A stretch of 63,934 bases of DNA, the filler included, from Atractiella rhizophila (lineage: Eukaryota): the NCBI GenBank assembly GCA_021432655.1. It is 7 parts of 7 records of this genome, joined end to end, with 100 filler letters (N's around TTAATTAATTAA, not from the genome) between each part and the next. Parts side by side here need not be neighbours in the genome. Positions count along the whole stretch, not along the records: positions 62,353 to 63,934 come from MU272045.1; 6 more parts are not named here. The stretch is one strand, 5' to 3'. Shown one piece after another: positions 63,501-63,934 of this stretch. Position 1 is the first letter of the stretch; every line of letters begins with the position of its first letter. The notes beneath the pieces were generated by a model that saw only the letters and a list, made by a program, of their open reading frames with translations, was not told where the DNA came from and ran no database searches. The position numbers and the translations under genes were made by a program.

Positions 63501-63934
63501 GTTGGAAATTGTGTTTCTTGCTTCCATGATAATGGATCGATGATGTACGTTAACTTGAACTTGAAATTGACATGAAAAGTTCTTTCCCAACTATACAAAG
63601 ACCTTAGAACTCGCGGGTCTTTTGGCTATGTTGGCGTGGTGGTGAACAAGCGGAGAAGAACAGAACACTTAAATAAGACGAATACTCGAAAAGGCTGCAT
63701 GAATTCCTCATTGAAGCACACTCACAGCGAAATTCATCCCTCTCACCCCAGATCATCATATTTGACCAACATATTTCTGAACTCCGGACTCCCTTCTCCC
63801 TAGCACTGCCAGTGCATAAACGAAGTGCACCCCCGATTCCATCCAGCCATAAAAGAAAGAATAAGAGCAGTCACAACTCGCCCGTAGGACTAGGACGTGA
63901 ACACACAGAGGAAGACCCGACTACGAAGCGATAA

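Overview
Intron-rich fungal genomic DNA; gene content and 45-60 nt GT-AG introns point to a basidiomycete (inference). The window is a concatenation of contigs: six 100-nt N/TTAATTAATTAA linkers and one 500-N gap. Recognisable genes: PITH-domain protein, M50B-like protease (with an internal ~505-bp tandem duplication), secreted GMC oxidoreductase, BAR-PH-ArfGAP (partial), COX5, Zn alcohol dehydrogenase, BBE-like FAD oxidase, a degenerate J-domain gene hit by a Ty1/copia element, CFD1, an ORT1-like mitochondrial carrier, DEG1/PUS3, TSC1, a carboxylesterase-like fragment, a DUF6534-like membrane protein, CHS5 (partial), THS1 (partial), a chromovirus relic, PHO81 (partial) and a Gag-like/LRR-like chimeric ORF. 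The most striking signal is mirror-image DNA at ~56.5-59.7 kb, which is meaningful only when complemented WITHOUT reversal. Read that way it contains a complete 7-exon EI24/Rrt8-Lds family gene with six GT-AG introns and a copia RNase H motif, neither visible in the six standard frames. Several other intergenic tracts may be mirrored too. The most likely cause is an assembly/processing bug (lower-case patches reversed but not complemented), which raw reads can test.
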